From IMG/VR virus record IMGVR_UViG_3300033153_003999, positions 1-63,536 of that record: a DNA stretch of 63,536 nt, one strand, 5' to 3'. Numbering within the stretch: position 1 is the stretch's first letter; each line of letters begins with the position of its first letter. The position numbers and the translations under genes are program-made. Shown here piece after piece: positions 19,656 to 29,749 of this stretch. The notes below the pieces were generated by a model that saw only the letters and a list, made by a program, of their open reading frames with translations, searched no databases and had not been told where the DNA came from. The stretch comes from a virus (taxonomy: Duplodnaviria; Caudoviricetes).

Positions 19656-22087
19656 TGGCATTAGTCACTAGCAGAACGTCGCTATCACAGGGAGATGTGC
19701 TCGGCGTTGCGAGCGCCATCTTTGCCACCGGTACGGGCGCCGACATACGCATCCATACCAGCGCGGCAAACAATCTACCAGCCCTTGCCGCGCTTGAGTA
19801 TTTCGAGGTACGAGACCACAGTCAGTCGGTCAACAACGGCCTGTATCAGGTCGTCACGGTCACGACTTCCACCGATGACTACGAGTGCGACAAGGTGACG
19901 CCGGGTACGCCTGTTGTAGCCGGTGCTGAGACCATCACCACCTTGGGCGCGACAGGCGCCAGCACAGAGAAATCTGTCCACCTGGATCTGGCTAATCTGG
20001 CGTGTTACGTCATCGAACAGGGCAACGCTGACTCGAATGGTGTCAATGGCGACGCCATGTATTCGTTCTTCATGCAGGAATGGAAGAACGACAACTACGT
20101 TATTGCTAACGCCCCCTTCCCTATGAATGCCATTGATAAGGACGCTGGCAAGTACATCATGGGTCAGGATTCATCCGGTAATAACAACGGGTGGACATGG
20201 GTAGATACAACCGCTTTTACCCCGAATATCCGTACCCGGAAATTGCTACGGAATATGGGCTGGGATGAGATTGACGCCAATGGAATAACGGTTGCACGTG
20301 AATTCTGCATGATTACGCTGGGCACGTTCGAGGACGCTGCCAACGACACTCCCTTTGGTCAGTTTGGTACTGACACAACTGTAGACGACACATTTGATCT
20401 GGATTTTGCTGGACCTGCCAACGAGGCTATCCGTTTCTACGAACAACAGGCACAGATCGATCTTGATATTACAGCAACCACGATCACTCGTGTCGGTGGG
20501 TCGTTTGTCACAGAAGGTTACAAGGTTGGCGGTCAGGTAAATATCAGGGCTGCGGAAGATGCTGGTAATGATGGTGACTGGACGTTGACAGCGGTCTCCG
20601 CTCTTGTGTTAACGACTTCTGGGCTTACGGCTAATGCTGCTGACACCGCAGCCAGATTATCTGTTAACAATGACAACGCTTTCCGAAATGGTATCCGGGT
20701 TCGGGATGGTGACGCTAACGGTAAGACATTCGGTGAATCCAACCTTGCCGGTGCTGGTAAAACTGCTCTCGGTAACTTCGTGTTCAGCTTCCCGCTGGCG
20801 AACGCAACCGATCTCAAGATCAGTGAGACCGACGCCAATATCGATGCCAATACGCCATACACCGGAATGAGTCTTACGTTCTATTCTTCTGGTCAATCCC
20901 GTGGTGGTCTGGTCGGTGGTCCGTACAACTTCGGCTTCATTATGGACGGCAACAACGGTACCAACATTGAGTGCTTCGAGTGGTTGCAACGCCAGTTGCG
21001 TAAACTGACCGACATCGATGCCGGAGCCGGGACTAACATGGGCAGAACCATTGAGTTGATGGCCAGGTTCAACGGCGATACCGCTGAGTTCGGTTCTGGT
21101 GACGGTGGTCTTAACTTCCCGACCAACCCGGAAGGGGGCGGCAGCGGTCTCTTTATCGACAGTCTGAACGCGGCCAGTGATAACGCCACCCAATTTTGGG
21201 ACAATACCGGTGCCCTGCGCTCCAAGCCAGAATCTATTGCGATCACGCTCGATGGTAACTCTATCGTCATCGATGACACCGCGTCTGAATACGATATGTA
21301 TTTTGACCGCACGATCCGCACCGCTCAAGCAACATTAACGGATCTGGTTATAGGCACAGCCGGCGGCGGACAATTTACTTCTGCGGGTAGCAATTTACCT
21401 AATAACTCCGAGCTTGGCGTAGGGTCTTATGTTCGCGTAGGCGGGTTGACAGGAGGCGATGACGCCATGAACGGAGTCTATCAAATCACCGCAGAGACCA
21501 CTCCCGGCAGTGATTGGACAGTCGTCAGATATGACGGGGCAACTATCGTCGCTGTCACCGCGACTGCGGCGGACATAGATCAAAACTGTGTTGATACACC
21601 AGACGCCCTTATCGTCCATACTAATGTCAGTGTGGCTACCAGTGCTGACGTTTCCTTTACTGCTACCGATACCATTACTTCTGCTGGTTCAGAGTTCGGC
21701 GTCTTTTCGGTTGGAGACCGTATCGAGATCGAAGGCTCGACATCAGGCCTGAATGATGGTCTTTGGGAAGTCCTGACTGCAAGCGCGACTACACTTACTG
21801 TCTCACCTGAGAGGGCAAGCCCGTCTGCGATCACGACGCAGGCCACAGGTCCGACCGTGACAATCACCACTCTGTTCTCCGGTGACTTCACGGCTGACAT
21901 CACTGCTAACTTTGCCTTTGATGACAATGTTCAGGGTGGCCGCACGGTTTCTACCACAACCTCTGTGAAGGCCAAGGCTATCGGCGCAAGTGGAGCGCAG
22001 TACATCGACTCACCTGTGTCCTCGATTGTTTCAGGAACACCGCTGACAATACCTCTCTTTAGTGCGACAGAGCGCAACTACTCATAA
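19655..22087 (+). CDS. large acidic virion structural protein (810 aa)
   Basis: Repeated N(N/D)GxY/W beta modules; Thr/Gly/Asp-rich. Confidence 0.7.
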   Translation: MALVTSRTSLSQGDVLGVASAIFATGTGADIRIHTSAANNLPALAALEYFEVRDHSQSVNNGLYQVVTVTTSTDDYECDKVTPGTPVVAGAETITTLGATGASTEKSVHLDLANLACYVIEQGNADSNGVNGDAMYSFFMQEWKNDNYVIANAPFPMNAIDKDAGKYIMGQDSSGNNNGWTWVDTTAFTPNIRTRKLLRNMGWDEIDANGITVAREFCMITLGTFEDAANDTPFGQFGTDTTVDDTFDLDFAGPANEAIRFYEQQAQIDLDITATTITRVGGSFVTEGYKVGGQVNIRAAEDAGNDGDWTLTAVSALVLTTSGLTANAADTAARLSVNNDNAFRNGIRVRDGDANGKTFGESNLAGAGKTALGNFVFSFPLANATDLKISETDANIDANTPYTGMSLTFYSSGQSRGGLVGGPYNFGFIMDGNNGTNIECFEWLQRQLRKLTDIDAGAGTNMGRTIELMARFNGDTAEFGSGDGGLNFPTNPEGGGSGLFIDSLNAASDNATQFWDNTGALRSKPESIAITLDGNSIVIDDTASEYDMYFDRTIRTAQATLTDLVIGTAGGGQFTSAGSNLPNNSELGVGSYVRVGGLTGGDDAMNGVYQITAETTPGSDWTVVRYDGATIVAVTATAADIDQNCVDTPDALIVHTNVSVATSADVSFTATDTITSAGSEFGVFSVGDRIEIEGSTSGLNDGLWEVLTASATTLTVSPERASPSAITTQATGPTVTITTLFSGDFTADITANFAFDDNVQGGRTVSTTTSVKAKAIGASGAQYIDSPVSSIVSGTPLTIPLFSATERNYS

Positions 22088-22103
22088 GCCGCCGAACGTA
22101 AAA

Positions 22104-22511
22104 ATGACTACCGTTATCTTTCACTGGGAGACCCCGAAAGGGTTTGATAACCCTCACGCGAGAAAAAAACTTCTCGCTCGATGGGGGTTAACTTGTAAGG
22201 CGTTCGGTATCCATACGCTCTACTGTGTGACGGACGAACCGTTAAAAATGTCCGATGCCGAAATCACATTCAAGACATTTTCCACACTGAAAAAGGCTCT
22301 TGGGAAAGCCGAGGGTGAGGTCGTTTATATTGAACAAGGTGGCAGATCACTGGAAAGTCTCAAACATCCTGAGAACGCAGTTTATGTATTTGGTTCCGAT
22401 TATGGTGGCCTTGATGTGAAAGACGCGATCTCAATCAATACGTTGACACCACTGCACGCCGAAGTTGCTGCCGGCATTGTTCTTCATCATAGGGCGAGTC
22501 AATGGCGTTAA
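22104..22511 (+). CDS. SPOUT (SpoU/TrmH-like) RNA methyltransferase, minimal
   Basis: VYIEQ..HPENAVYVFGSDYGGL...LHAEVAAGIVLHHR resembles the SPOUT knot motifs. Confidence 0.65.
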   Translation: MTTVIFHWETPKGFDNPHARKKLLARWGLTCKAFGIHTLYCVTDEPLKMSDAEITFKTFSTLKKALGKAEGEVVYIEQGGRSLESLKHPENAVYVFGSDYGGLDVKDAISINTLTPLHAEVAAGIVLHHRASQWR

Positions 22512-24169
22512 CAGTCGCAAATGGAATGACGGTTTATGCTACTCAAGATGGCAATGCCGCCGATTGGGATGAGGGTACAACCTCTGATTATACCGAAGGC
22601 CAGCGTGAAGGTACGGGTTATGTCGGTTATGACGTTGATATTGAGACTCTTTATAATTTCAACACTGTAGCCGCCCCGCCAGCGGATATGACTGGCTACC
22701 ACATAGGCGTCTGGCTTCGTATCTCTAATGCGGGTGACGTAGATACCAAAGCCAATGGCGGCATCCAGATTGCCATCCGAGACATCACCAACGGTTATGA
22801 GTCTTATTTCTATGTTGGTGGCAGTGATACCTACTCAGGTGGCTGGGCTTATTTTGTGGTGGATGTTGGCAGAACGCCTGACGCCAATAATGGAACCAAT
22901 GCAGATATTACGGATGTTGACGATCTTGGTGTTGGGTTCAAAATGCTTACCAAAACACTGGACGATAATTGTCATATTGATTTAATGCACTACGGCACGT
23001 CTGGTCTGGTTGTTACCGGCACACCCGATACCGGCACCTATGGCACCGATAACGCCACGCAAGAACTTTACGATCTGGTGGATGCCGCCAACCATGGGTT
23101 GCTGGATAAGCAGGCCGGGGTCTTTGTGGGAAAGGGGCCGATTCAGTTCAATGATGACGCGACCGCAGCGTGTACGTTCAATGACGCTGGTTCGACTTTC
23201 GTATGGGCAGATCTGCCAGTATCTTCATCATGGTACAAATTTAGCCTCGGTAGTTCCTCGGGTATAACCGCATTACGTTTAGGCACAGTTGTTGGCTCTG
23301 GTGATGACCGACAAGGAGTGAATGGCGGCTCTATCCTGACAGCAGGACAGGCATGGAACATAGATTTTGCTACTAATTTGGGTGGCAACGCCAGCAACGC
23401 TATCAAGCTATATGGTTTGACGATTACCGACGCACAGGAGGAGCTGTCGTTTGATGATAATGGCAAGACTTCTATTGTTTCTGCATCTTTCGTCACCAGT
23501 GGCGAGATTGATCTCGGTACGACAAATGGTGGGGCAGAACTATTAAACAGCTCGATCATTGATCCAACAGGGCCAACAAACAACTACGGTCTCAATTTTC
23601 CGCAGACGCCAAGCGCGGGAGTGCTAACGCATAACGCGAAGAATCTTAACTTTATTACGTCAGGGGCTCCTACGACACAGTACATGCTGGATTTCCCATA
23701 CACAGGGGATTATTCCGTTGATCTGGTGGGATTCAAATTCTTTGGCGACTATTCGTCTGGCACTATTTGGCACGGCATCAATTCCGGCACAAATGCTGAC
23801 ATAACAATAAATGCTTCCGGTGGTTCAGACCCGGTACAAGCAGAATTTTCTAATACAGCTAGCGGAACTGTATCGGTAGTAAATACGATCAACGTCACCT
23901 TCGACAAGATGAAGGACGATACCGAAGTACGTGTTTATAACGCTGGCACAAATACAGAGATTGCCGGTGTCGAGGACGCGACCGCAGGGTCGGCTGATAA
24001 CAGGAATTTTGCATGGTCAGCATCGGCAGGAACGGTTGTGGATTATGTAATTCACCACTGGAGCGGGGATGAACCGTTTTATCAGACAATCCGCAAGGAT
24101 GGCTACACTGTGCCGAGTGCGGACACAACGATTGAAATAAACCAATTAGTTAACAGGAATGCAACGTGA
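22502..24169 (+). CDS. acidic virion structural/fibre-like protein (555 aa)
   Basis: Composition and position in the late operon. Confidence 0.65.
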   Translation: MALTVANGMTVYATQDGNAADWDEGTTSDYTEGQREGTGYVGYDVDIETLYNFNTVAAPPADMTGYHIGVWLRISNAGDVDTKANGGIQIAIRDITNGYESYFYVGGSDTYSGGWAYFVVDVGRTPDANNGTNADITDVDDLGVGFKMLTKTLDDNCHIDLMHYGTSGLVVTGTPDTGTYGTDNATQELYDLVDAANHGLLDKQAGVFVGKGPIQFNDDATAACTFNDAGSTFVWADLPVSSSWYKFSLGSSSGITALRLGTVVGSGDDRQGVNGGSILTAGQAWNIDFATNLGGNASNAIKLYGLTITDAQEELSFDDNGKTSIVSASFVTSGEIDLGTTNGGAELLNSSIIDPTGPTNNYGLNFPQTPSAGVLTHNAKNLNFITSGAPTTQYMLDFPYTGDYSVDLVGFKFFGDYSSGTIWHGINSGTNADITINASGGSDPVQAEFSNTASGTVSVVNTINVTFDKMKDDTEVRVYNAGTNTEIAGVEDATAGSADNRNFAWSASAGTVVDYVIHHWSGDEPFYQTIRKDGYTVPSADTTIEINQLVNRNAT

Positions 24170-24708
24170 CAGCTACATTCAAAGACATTATTGGTTATGA
24201 GGGATTTTATCAAATTTCAGATACTGGTTTTGTAAAATCGGTTAAGAGAATTGATTGCAGGGGCAGAAAGGTTGGTGGAAATATATTAAAGGCTGGAAAT
24301 AAAACTCAAAACGGTAGAACTGTATCTACCCATGTATCTTTAGCTAAGGACAGGAAGAATAAAATAGCTAAAGTTCATAGACTTGTTGCTAATGCTTTTT
24401 TAGGTGACAACAATGGATTGCTTGTACTGCATAAAGATGGTGACGCAACAAACAACGATATAAATAATTTATATTATGGTTCTCATAAGGATAATGGTGA
24501 AGATGCAAAAAGGCATGGTTCAACACTTAGAGGAGAGAAACAGCATTTTGCGATTTTAACCGAAAAACAAGTATTAGAAATATTAAAATCAAACCATAAA
24601 TATGGAACCGGAATAAAGCTGGCAAGGAAATTTAATGTTAGTCAATCAACCATATCCTCCATCCGTAAAGGCAGGAATTGGGGGTGGATAAATGCCTGTC
24701 TCGTTTGA
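24166..24708 (+). CDS. NUMOD4-HNH homing endonuclease
   Basis: FKDIIGYEGFYQISDTG, VHRLVANAF, HKDGD..NN..NNL; AT-rich relative to flanks. Confidence 0.93.
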   Translation: MTATFKDIIGYEGFYQISDTGFVKSVKRIDCRGRKVGGNILKAGNKTQNGRTVSTHVSLAKDRKNKIAKVHRLVANAFLGDNNGLLVLHKDGDATNNDINNLYYGSHKDNGEDAKRHGSTLRGEKQHFAILTEKQVLEILKSNHKYGTGIKLARKFNVSQSTISSIRKGRNWGWINACLV

Positions 24709-25951
24709 CGGTGAAAATTTAATCATTACGCTTGAAGCAGGCGTAACAACTCTTGATGCCGAGAACGGGCTTTACGTGGCGTGGAAAAATTGGCAGCTTG
24801 CCGGGAACATGCGGTATCCGCAAGCCTTCCGCACTATTGGTGGTGATAGCCTGACTCCAGGCGTTGATGCCGGCGCTTATTTCTTTATTCAGAATGACCT
24901 TGGATGGAGGATCAAGCCGCCAGAAGAAGATATAGCTATTCTTCTTACTGGAAACTTGTCTCCAGAAGATTCATCACTGCCAATATTGATACCGACAACT
25001 GGCGCATTTACTGTGCTTGTTCAAGGTATACAGCCGATTACGCAGAACATCGATACCATTAAGACCACGCTGGAACTGGCCTCACTTAATGGTCAGGTCA
25101 TATACGACGAAGTGAACGGCGTACCGATTACCAGCGATCTGGCCGGCACCTATCTTGAGCCCGTCGCCAATATTACCGACGCCGTTACTGTGCTCGAAGC
25201 CCAGAATTTCGACACGATCAGGATCAAGGGAAGCGCTGGCTTCGATGCCACGAAGTCGCTCGATAACTACAAACTGATTGGCGATAACCAGTCTCAGACA
25301 GTTATTACCTTTACAAGTGCTGATACAGGCGATATGTCGGTTGAGGACGCCTGTATTCAGGGGTCAATGAGTGGTGCCCTGTTTGCCCACCATTGCGCTG
25401 TCAACGGCGTCACGGGCGTGGGCTGTACGACAAACATAAGCACATTTAAGGACGTGGTTTTCCTCGGAGATCTAACGCTCAGAGCCGACAACGATCAAGA
25501 TATTCATCTGCTTAGTACCGATAGTGGTGTTGCCGGCGTGACCACTTTCAGTCTTGACGTAAATGGAACGTCTGGAGATTTGATCGTGCATCATCACAAG
25601 GGCGGCATAAAGCTGCTCAACATCACGACGGCGATCAACGTCACCATCGATGGCACAGGTACGCATGTGACAATCGACGCCAGTTGTACGGCGACAGCAT
25701 CAAATATTGTAATACGCGGAGCGACCAAGATTACGAACAATTCATCAATAGAAGTTGTTGACCAGACAAGATTCACTACCCTGGAAAAACTGTTAAGAAA
25801 CAAGACTGTCACCGATCCAGTGACGGGCATTATGACTGTCTATGACGATGACGGTACGACCGTGCTCTACACTGCCAATATCTACGAGAACGTGGGCGGT
25901 ACAACGCCGTATCAGGGTAATGCCGTTAATCGCAGAGACAGGCTGGGCTAA
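24692..25951 (+). CDS. virion structural protein (419 aa)
   Basis: Beta-rich; TVYDDDGTT C-terminal motif. Confidence 0.65.
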   Translation: MPVSFDGENLIITLEAGVTTLDAENGLYVAWKNWQLAGNMRYPQAFRTIGGDSLTPGVDAGAYFFIQNDLGWRIKPPEEDIAILLTGNLSPEDSSLPILIPTTGAFTVLVQGIQPITQNIDTIKTTLELASLNGQVIYDEVNGVPITSDLAGTYLEPVANITDAVTVLEAQNFDTIRIKGSAGFDATKSLDNYKLIGDNQSQTVITFTSADTGDMSVEDACIQGSMSGALFAHHCAVNGVTGVGCTTNISTFKDVVFLGDLTLRADNDQDIHLLSTDSGVAGVTTFSLDVNGTSGDLIVHHHKGGIKLLNITTAINVTIDGTGTHVTIDASCTATASNIVIRGATKITNNSSIEVVDQTRFTTLEKLLRNKTVTDPVTGIMTVYDDDGTTVLYTANIYENVGGTTPYQGNAVNRRDRLG

Positions 25952-26448
25952 TGCTGACCACCAGGGGTCTTGGCCCCAGCTCAGCCCTGTGTACGTTTGG
26001 TCTCGGCCCCTACGTGGTGATAGCGGTCGAAGTCGAGGATGTGGCCGGTGTTGGTGGTGGCAAAGCCCAGTTTGAGGTCGCTGCACACAAGATTTGGATC
26101 AGAAAAAAGAAGGGGCCACCCACTTTCCGGGCGAAGGACGTATTTGTGCCTGTGGAGCGCGCTCCTGTCCCGGATAAGGTGCTGTTACGGATCGAAGGTG
26201 AAGAGTACGCGATCCTCGAGGGCAAGCCTCCTACGGCGTTTCAGGCGCTTAAACTGCTACCCAAGGCCGAGCTGGAAAAGCGGATAGACATGGCCAGGAA
26301 AGAGCTGGCGGTCGGCAGGAAGGCAGCACGCAAGGCGCTGGTGACGAGAGCGATCAAAGAGATCCGCGCAGCCGAGAGGTTGAGGCGCGAGCTTTTTGCC
26401 GATGATGAAGAATTTTTACTACTGGTGATGATGGCCGATGACGATTAG
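25951..26448 (+). CDS. hypothetical protein
   Basis: TAATG coupling; DDEEFLLL C-terminus. Confidence 0.65.
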   Translation: MLTTRGLGPSSALCTFGLGPYVVIAVEVEDVAGVGGGKAQFEVAAHKIWIRKKKGPPTFRAKDVFVPVERAPVPDKVLLRIEGEEYAILEGKPPTAFQALKLLPKAELEKRIDMARKELAVGRKAARKALVTRAIKEIRAAERLRRELFADDEEFLLLVMMADDD

Positions 26449-26656
26449 AAAAGCAGACGATCAGGTATTACGGGCATTGACCCAGGTAGATTCTCATATC
26501 GTGGAGTGGCTCCAGAAGTCACTCAACGATACCAGAATTGAAAATGACAACCAGCTTGATGAAGCTCTCTTGCGACAGGTCCAAGGCTCGGCGCAGACCC
26601 TTCAAGAGCTGTTGGACAAGATAGAGAAATCGAAAGAATTAGTGCATAGGCACTAG
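26438..26656 (+). CDS. small head-assembly protein (Bbp19-like)
   Basis: LRQVQG..Q.L.EL helix; precedes the scaffold gene. Confidence 0.55.
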   Translation: MTIRKADDQVLRALTQVDSHIVEWLQKSLNDTRIENDNQLDEALLRQVQGSAQTLQELLDKIEKSKELVHRH

Positions 26657-26801
26657 CTGATTTTTTCCGACCAGATCCCGTATGCGTTACACGCATAACG
26701 GCACTGGCTGGATGAAAAGGCGGCCTTCGGGCTTTATAGCAACTCCCGTCTGGTAGACCCGCGAAAGCGACCCCCAACCGAGACGGCCTTGCGAGGTTAT
26801 T

Positions 26802-27887
26802 ATGGCAACTCCAAAAAACGTAAAGAAACAAGCGAAAGAAGCTGCAAAATTGCAGGAAGATCTAGTCAAGGCACGCACACCGGAGGCCAAAGCCGGTGGA
26901 GCCCCTGAAGAGATCGACAAACAGAAGGCCCAGACAGGCTCCGAACCTGCCCCCGGTGAAGAAACCGGAGGTAAGCCCGCGACTGATGCTGGTGCCATCG
27001 AAGGTGAAGGCGTCAAGTCCAAGGAAGCTGAAGGCAAATTGCCGGAAGCCACTCAAGAGGACTGGCGCAAACGCTACGAAGGCATGAAGCGTAAGTACGA
27101 TGATACTGTCCCCCCTCTGCGTGAGCAGGCGAAAACCCAGCAAGCTAGGTTGGATACGCTGGAAACTGAACTAAACCAGCTGCGTGACCAGATCACCGAC
27201 GCTGCCGCTACTCCAAGTGCTGACGAATCTCGGAAAGTCGAGGTCACTGAAGCTGATGTGGACGAGTACGGTCAGAAGTTGATTGACCTGATTACGCGTG
27301 TGTCTGGTGGCGCCCAGGATCCGACTACCGACCTGGCAAAGCAGGTTATCGACCTGAAATCACAACTTGAATCAGTGCAGCGGTCTTTCAGCACTATCGA
27401 AGAGACGGCCACGAAAACGACGAAGCAGGAGTTTTACGAAGGTCTTGACGGTATTTGCGCCAATTGGCGCGAGGTAAACCGTCATCCCGGATTCTTAAGC
27501 TGGCTTGAGGAAGAACACGCAGGTACCGGCGAAATCCGACACGTATTTCTGCAAAAGGCGTTTAGCGATGGTGACGTTAATCGTACTGCGAAATTCTTTA
27601 CCGATTGGCTGGAGTCGCGCGAACAGAGTCCCTCTGTCACCGCGGCTGATCTGGAAGAACATGTGCACCAGGACACTGCTGGCGCTGGGCAACCGGTTGT
27701 TGGCGACGAAGAAGAAGTAATGGCGCGCATTTGGTACACCGACGAGATAACGCAGTTCTATCGCGATAAGCAGTCGGGTCTGTACAAAAAAACCAAAGAA
27801 GGAAAAGCCGAGGCTAAGAGGATTGAAAAAGACATTCTCGCAGCTGGCGCACAAGGGCGTGTACGCGAGAGACGACACGCCTCATAA
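26802..27887 (+). CDS. capsid scaffolding protein
   Basis: Acidic coiled coil, W..RY..M..KYD, I..A..QGRV end; directly before MCP. Confidence 0.75.
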   Translation: MATPKNVKKQAKEAAKLQEDLVKARTPEAKAGGAPEEIDKQKAQTGSEPAPGEETGGKPATDAGAIEGEGVKSKEAEGKLPEATQEDWRKRYEGMKRKYDDTVPPLREQAKTQQARLDTLETELNQLRDQITDAAATPSADESRKVEVTEADVDEYGQKLIDLITRVSGGAQDPTTDLAKQVIDLKSQLESVQRSFSTIEETATKTTKQEFYEGLDGICANWREVNRHPGFLSWLEEEHAGTGEIRHVFLQKAFSDGDVNRTAKFFTDWLESREQSPSVTAADLEEHVHQDTAGAGQPVVGDEEEVMARIWYTDEITQFYRDKQSGLYKKTKEGKAEAKRIEKDILAAGAQGRVRERRHAS

Positions 27888-27924
27888 AGACAGGCAGTTG
27901 CGGGACTAACCATGGAGAAATAAC

Positions 27925-29729
27925 ATGGCTGGTATTACTCGCAGTTCGGGTTACACAGACCTAAGCTCAGCCTCTTCTGGAAAATTTATTCCGGAAATTT
28001 GGGCGGGAAAACTTGTTGAGAAGTTTTATGACGCAACGGTTTTTGGGTCTATCGCCAACACTGACTTACCTAAATAGGTCACTTGAGGAGAAATCCTCTC
28101 GATTAAATTAGGTGAATTGCGGGAACCCTGAAATGGGAATCCGCAGCCAAGCCTTGAAAGAGGAAGGTTCAACGACTAATGTAATGGAATAAATACTCCA
28201 AGCCATGAGGTTGTTATGGAGCAAAGAAAGAAGGCGTTGCTAATCGCTTTAGTAATTGGTGATGGTTATATCCATATAGATAAACGCAGACCTAACGCAA
28301 AAAAGTTAGCTCTAAAATTATGTCACACAGCAAAACAAAGGGCATACCTTGAGCATAAGGTGTCCCTGCTACATTCTTTATTGGGTGGCAAAAAACCATC
28401 TATTGTTGATTGTAGGCATGTGTGGCCTGATGGCAGTTGGTATAACCAAGTAAGGGCTGAAAAGTCTCATAGGTATTTTAGGGTTCTTCGGAAATGGATG
28501 TATCCAGATAAATACAAACCAAGGATGCTTAAATATCTGACACCAGAAGCACTAGCAATATGGTATATGGATGATGGTTCAATTGTTGCGAACAACAAAT
28601 ACCTTGACGGTACCTGCAGTTCGGCAAGAACTAATATTCACTTGTGTTGCACTAAAGAAATCGCTGAGAATGTTTGTAAATATTTTAAAGATACATGGAG
28701 TATAAAATTTACAACATTTAAAGATAATGGGACTTACTCTATAAGATGTTTTCACAAAGAGGGTAAGAAATTCCATGAGATAGTGCATCCGTTTGTCATA
28801 CCAAGCATGTCTTATAAACAAAGATTCTATTACAACAAGAGCGCCTAACCCCATTATTGGGTGATGAGATAGTCTGAGCTTGCGGGAATTAAAACCGCAA
28901 GAACGTAAAGATAAAAAACTTTACGGATAACAAGACTGACGAAGGTGAAATCCGTAACATGGGCGACAACGTGGTGATTCGCACCACACCTACGATCACG
29001 ATTCGTGATTACACTATCGGTGGCACTTTGAACTACGAAGAGCCAACCAACCCAGCAGTCGAACTGCCTATCGATACAGGCAAGTACTTTGCCTTCCGCG
29101 TTGATAACGTGGACGAGATGCAGGCCGACATTGACATCATGGATGATTGGGCTGGTGATGCCGGTGAACAGATGAAGATCGCCGTAGACCTGGATGTACT
29201 TGCAGGTATCTACTCCGATGTTCATGCGGAAAATAAAGGCTTAACCGCTGGTCGCAAGTCCAGCAGCTACAACCTTGGCACAACCGGTTCTCCTGTTTCG
29301 CTGAACAAGGCCAACGTCCTCGATTACATCGTGGATATGGGCTCTGTTCTCGACGAGCAGAACGTGCCGGAAAGTGGCCGCTGGTTGGTGCTGCCGGCTT
29401 GGGTTTGCGGAATGATTAAGCAGTCTGACATCAAGGACGCAAGTCTTTCCGGTGACAGCACTTCTATTCTCCGTAACGGCCGTATTGGCATGGTTGATCG
29501 CTTCATGATCTACATGTCCAACAACATTGCGACGACCAGTGATGGAGGTACTGTTTACAACATTATCGCCGGTCACAAGGCTGGTCTGACCTTTGCTGCA
29601 CAGATGACCAAGATGGAAACATTGCCGAACCCGAACTCGTTCGGTCAGTTGATCCGTGGTCTGAACGTTTACGGTTTTAAAGTCGTAGAGGGAAAATACC
29701 TCACTCACCTCTATGCAAAAAAGGGCTGA
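27925..29729 (+). CDS. major capsid protein, spliced: exon 1 27925-28066 and exon 2 28939-29729 (310 aa)
   Basis: Exon 1 FIPEIWAGKLVEKFY..IANTD; splicing restores ANTD-Y-EGEIRNMGDNV in frame; exon 2 ends RGLNVYGFKV. Confidence 0.92.
28067..28938 (+). mobile_element. group I self-splicing intron (872 nt)
   Basis: Exon ends in U with P1 TGACT/GGTCA; core AATTGCGGGAA, AATCCGCAGC, TTCAACGACTA, GAGATAGTCT; terminal G at 28938. Confidence 0.92.
28216..28848 (+). CDS. intron-encoded LAGLIDADG homing endonuclease (two-motif type)
   Basis: LIALVIGDGYI and ALAIWYMDDGS motifs. Confidence 0.92.
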   Translation: MEQRKKALLIALVIGDGYIHIDKRRPNAKKLALKLCHTAKQRAYLEHKVSLLHSLLGGKKPSIVDCRHVWPDGSWYNQVRAEKSHRYFRVLRKWMYPDKYKPRMLKYLTPEALAIWYMDDGSIVANNKYLDGTCSSARTNIHLCCTKEIAENVCKYFKDTWSIKFTTFKDNGTYSIRCFHKEGKKFHEIVHPFVIPSMSYKQRFYYNKSA

Positions 29730-29749
29730 GTTAGGGTAAAATCCTGACC

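Noticed and set aside
28959-29729. Stand-alone 256-aa capsid protein as given in the ORF track
   Set aside because: It lacks the N-terminal FIPEIW segment, which is supplied by exon 1 through splicing
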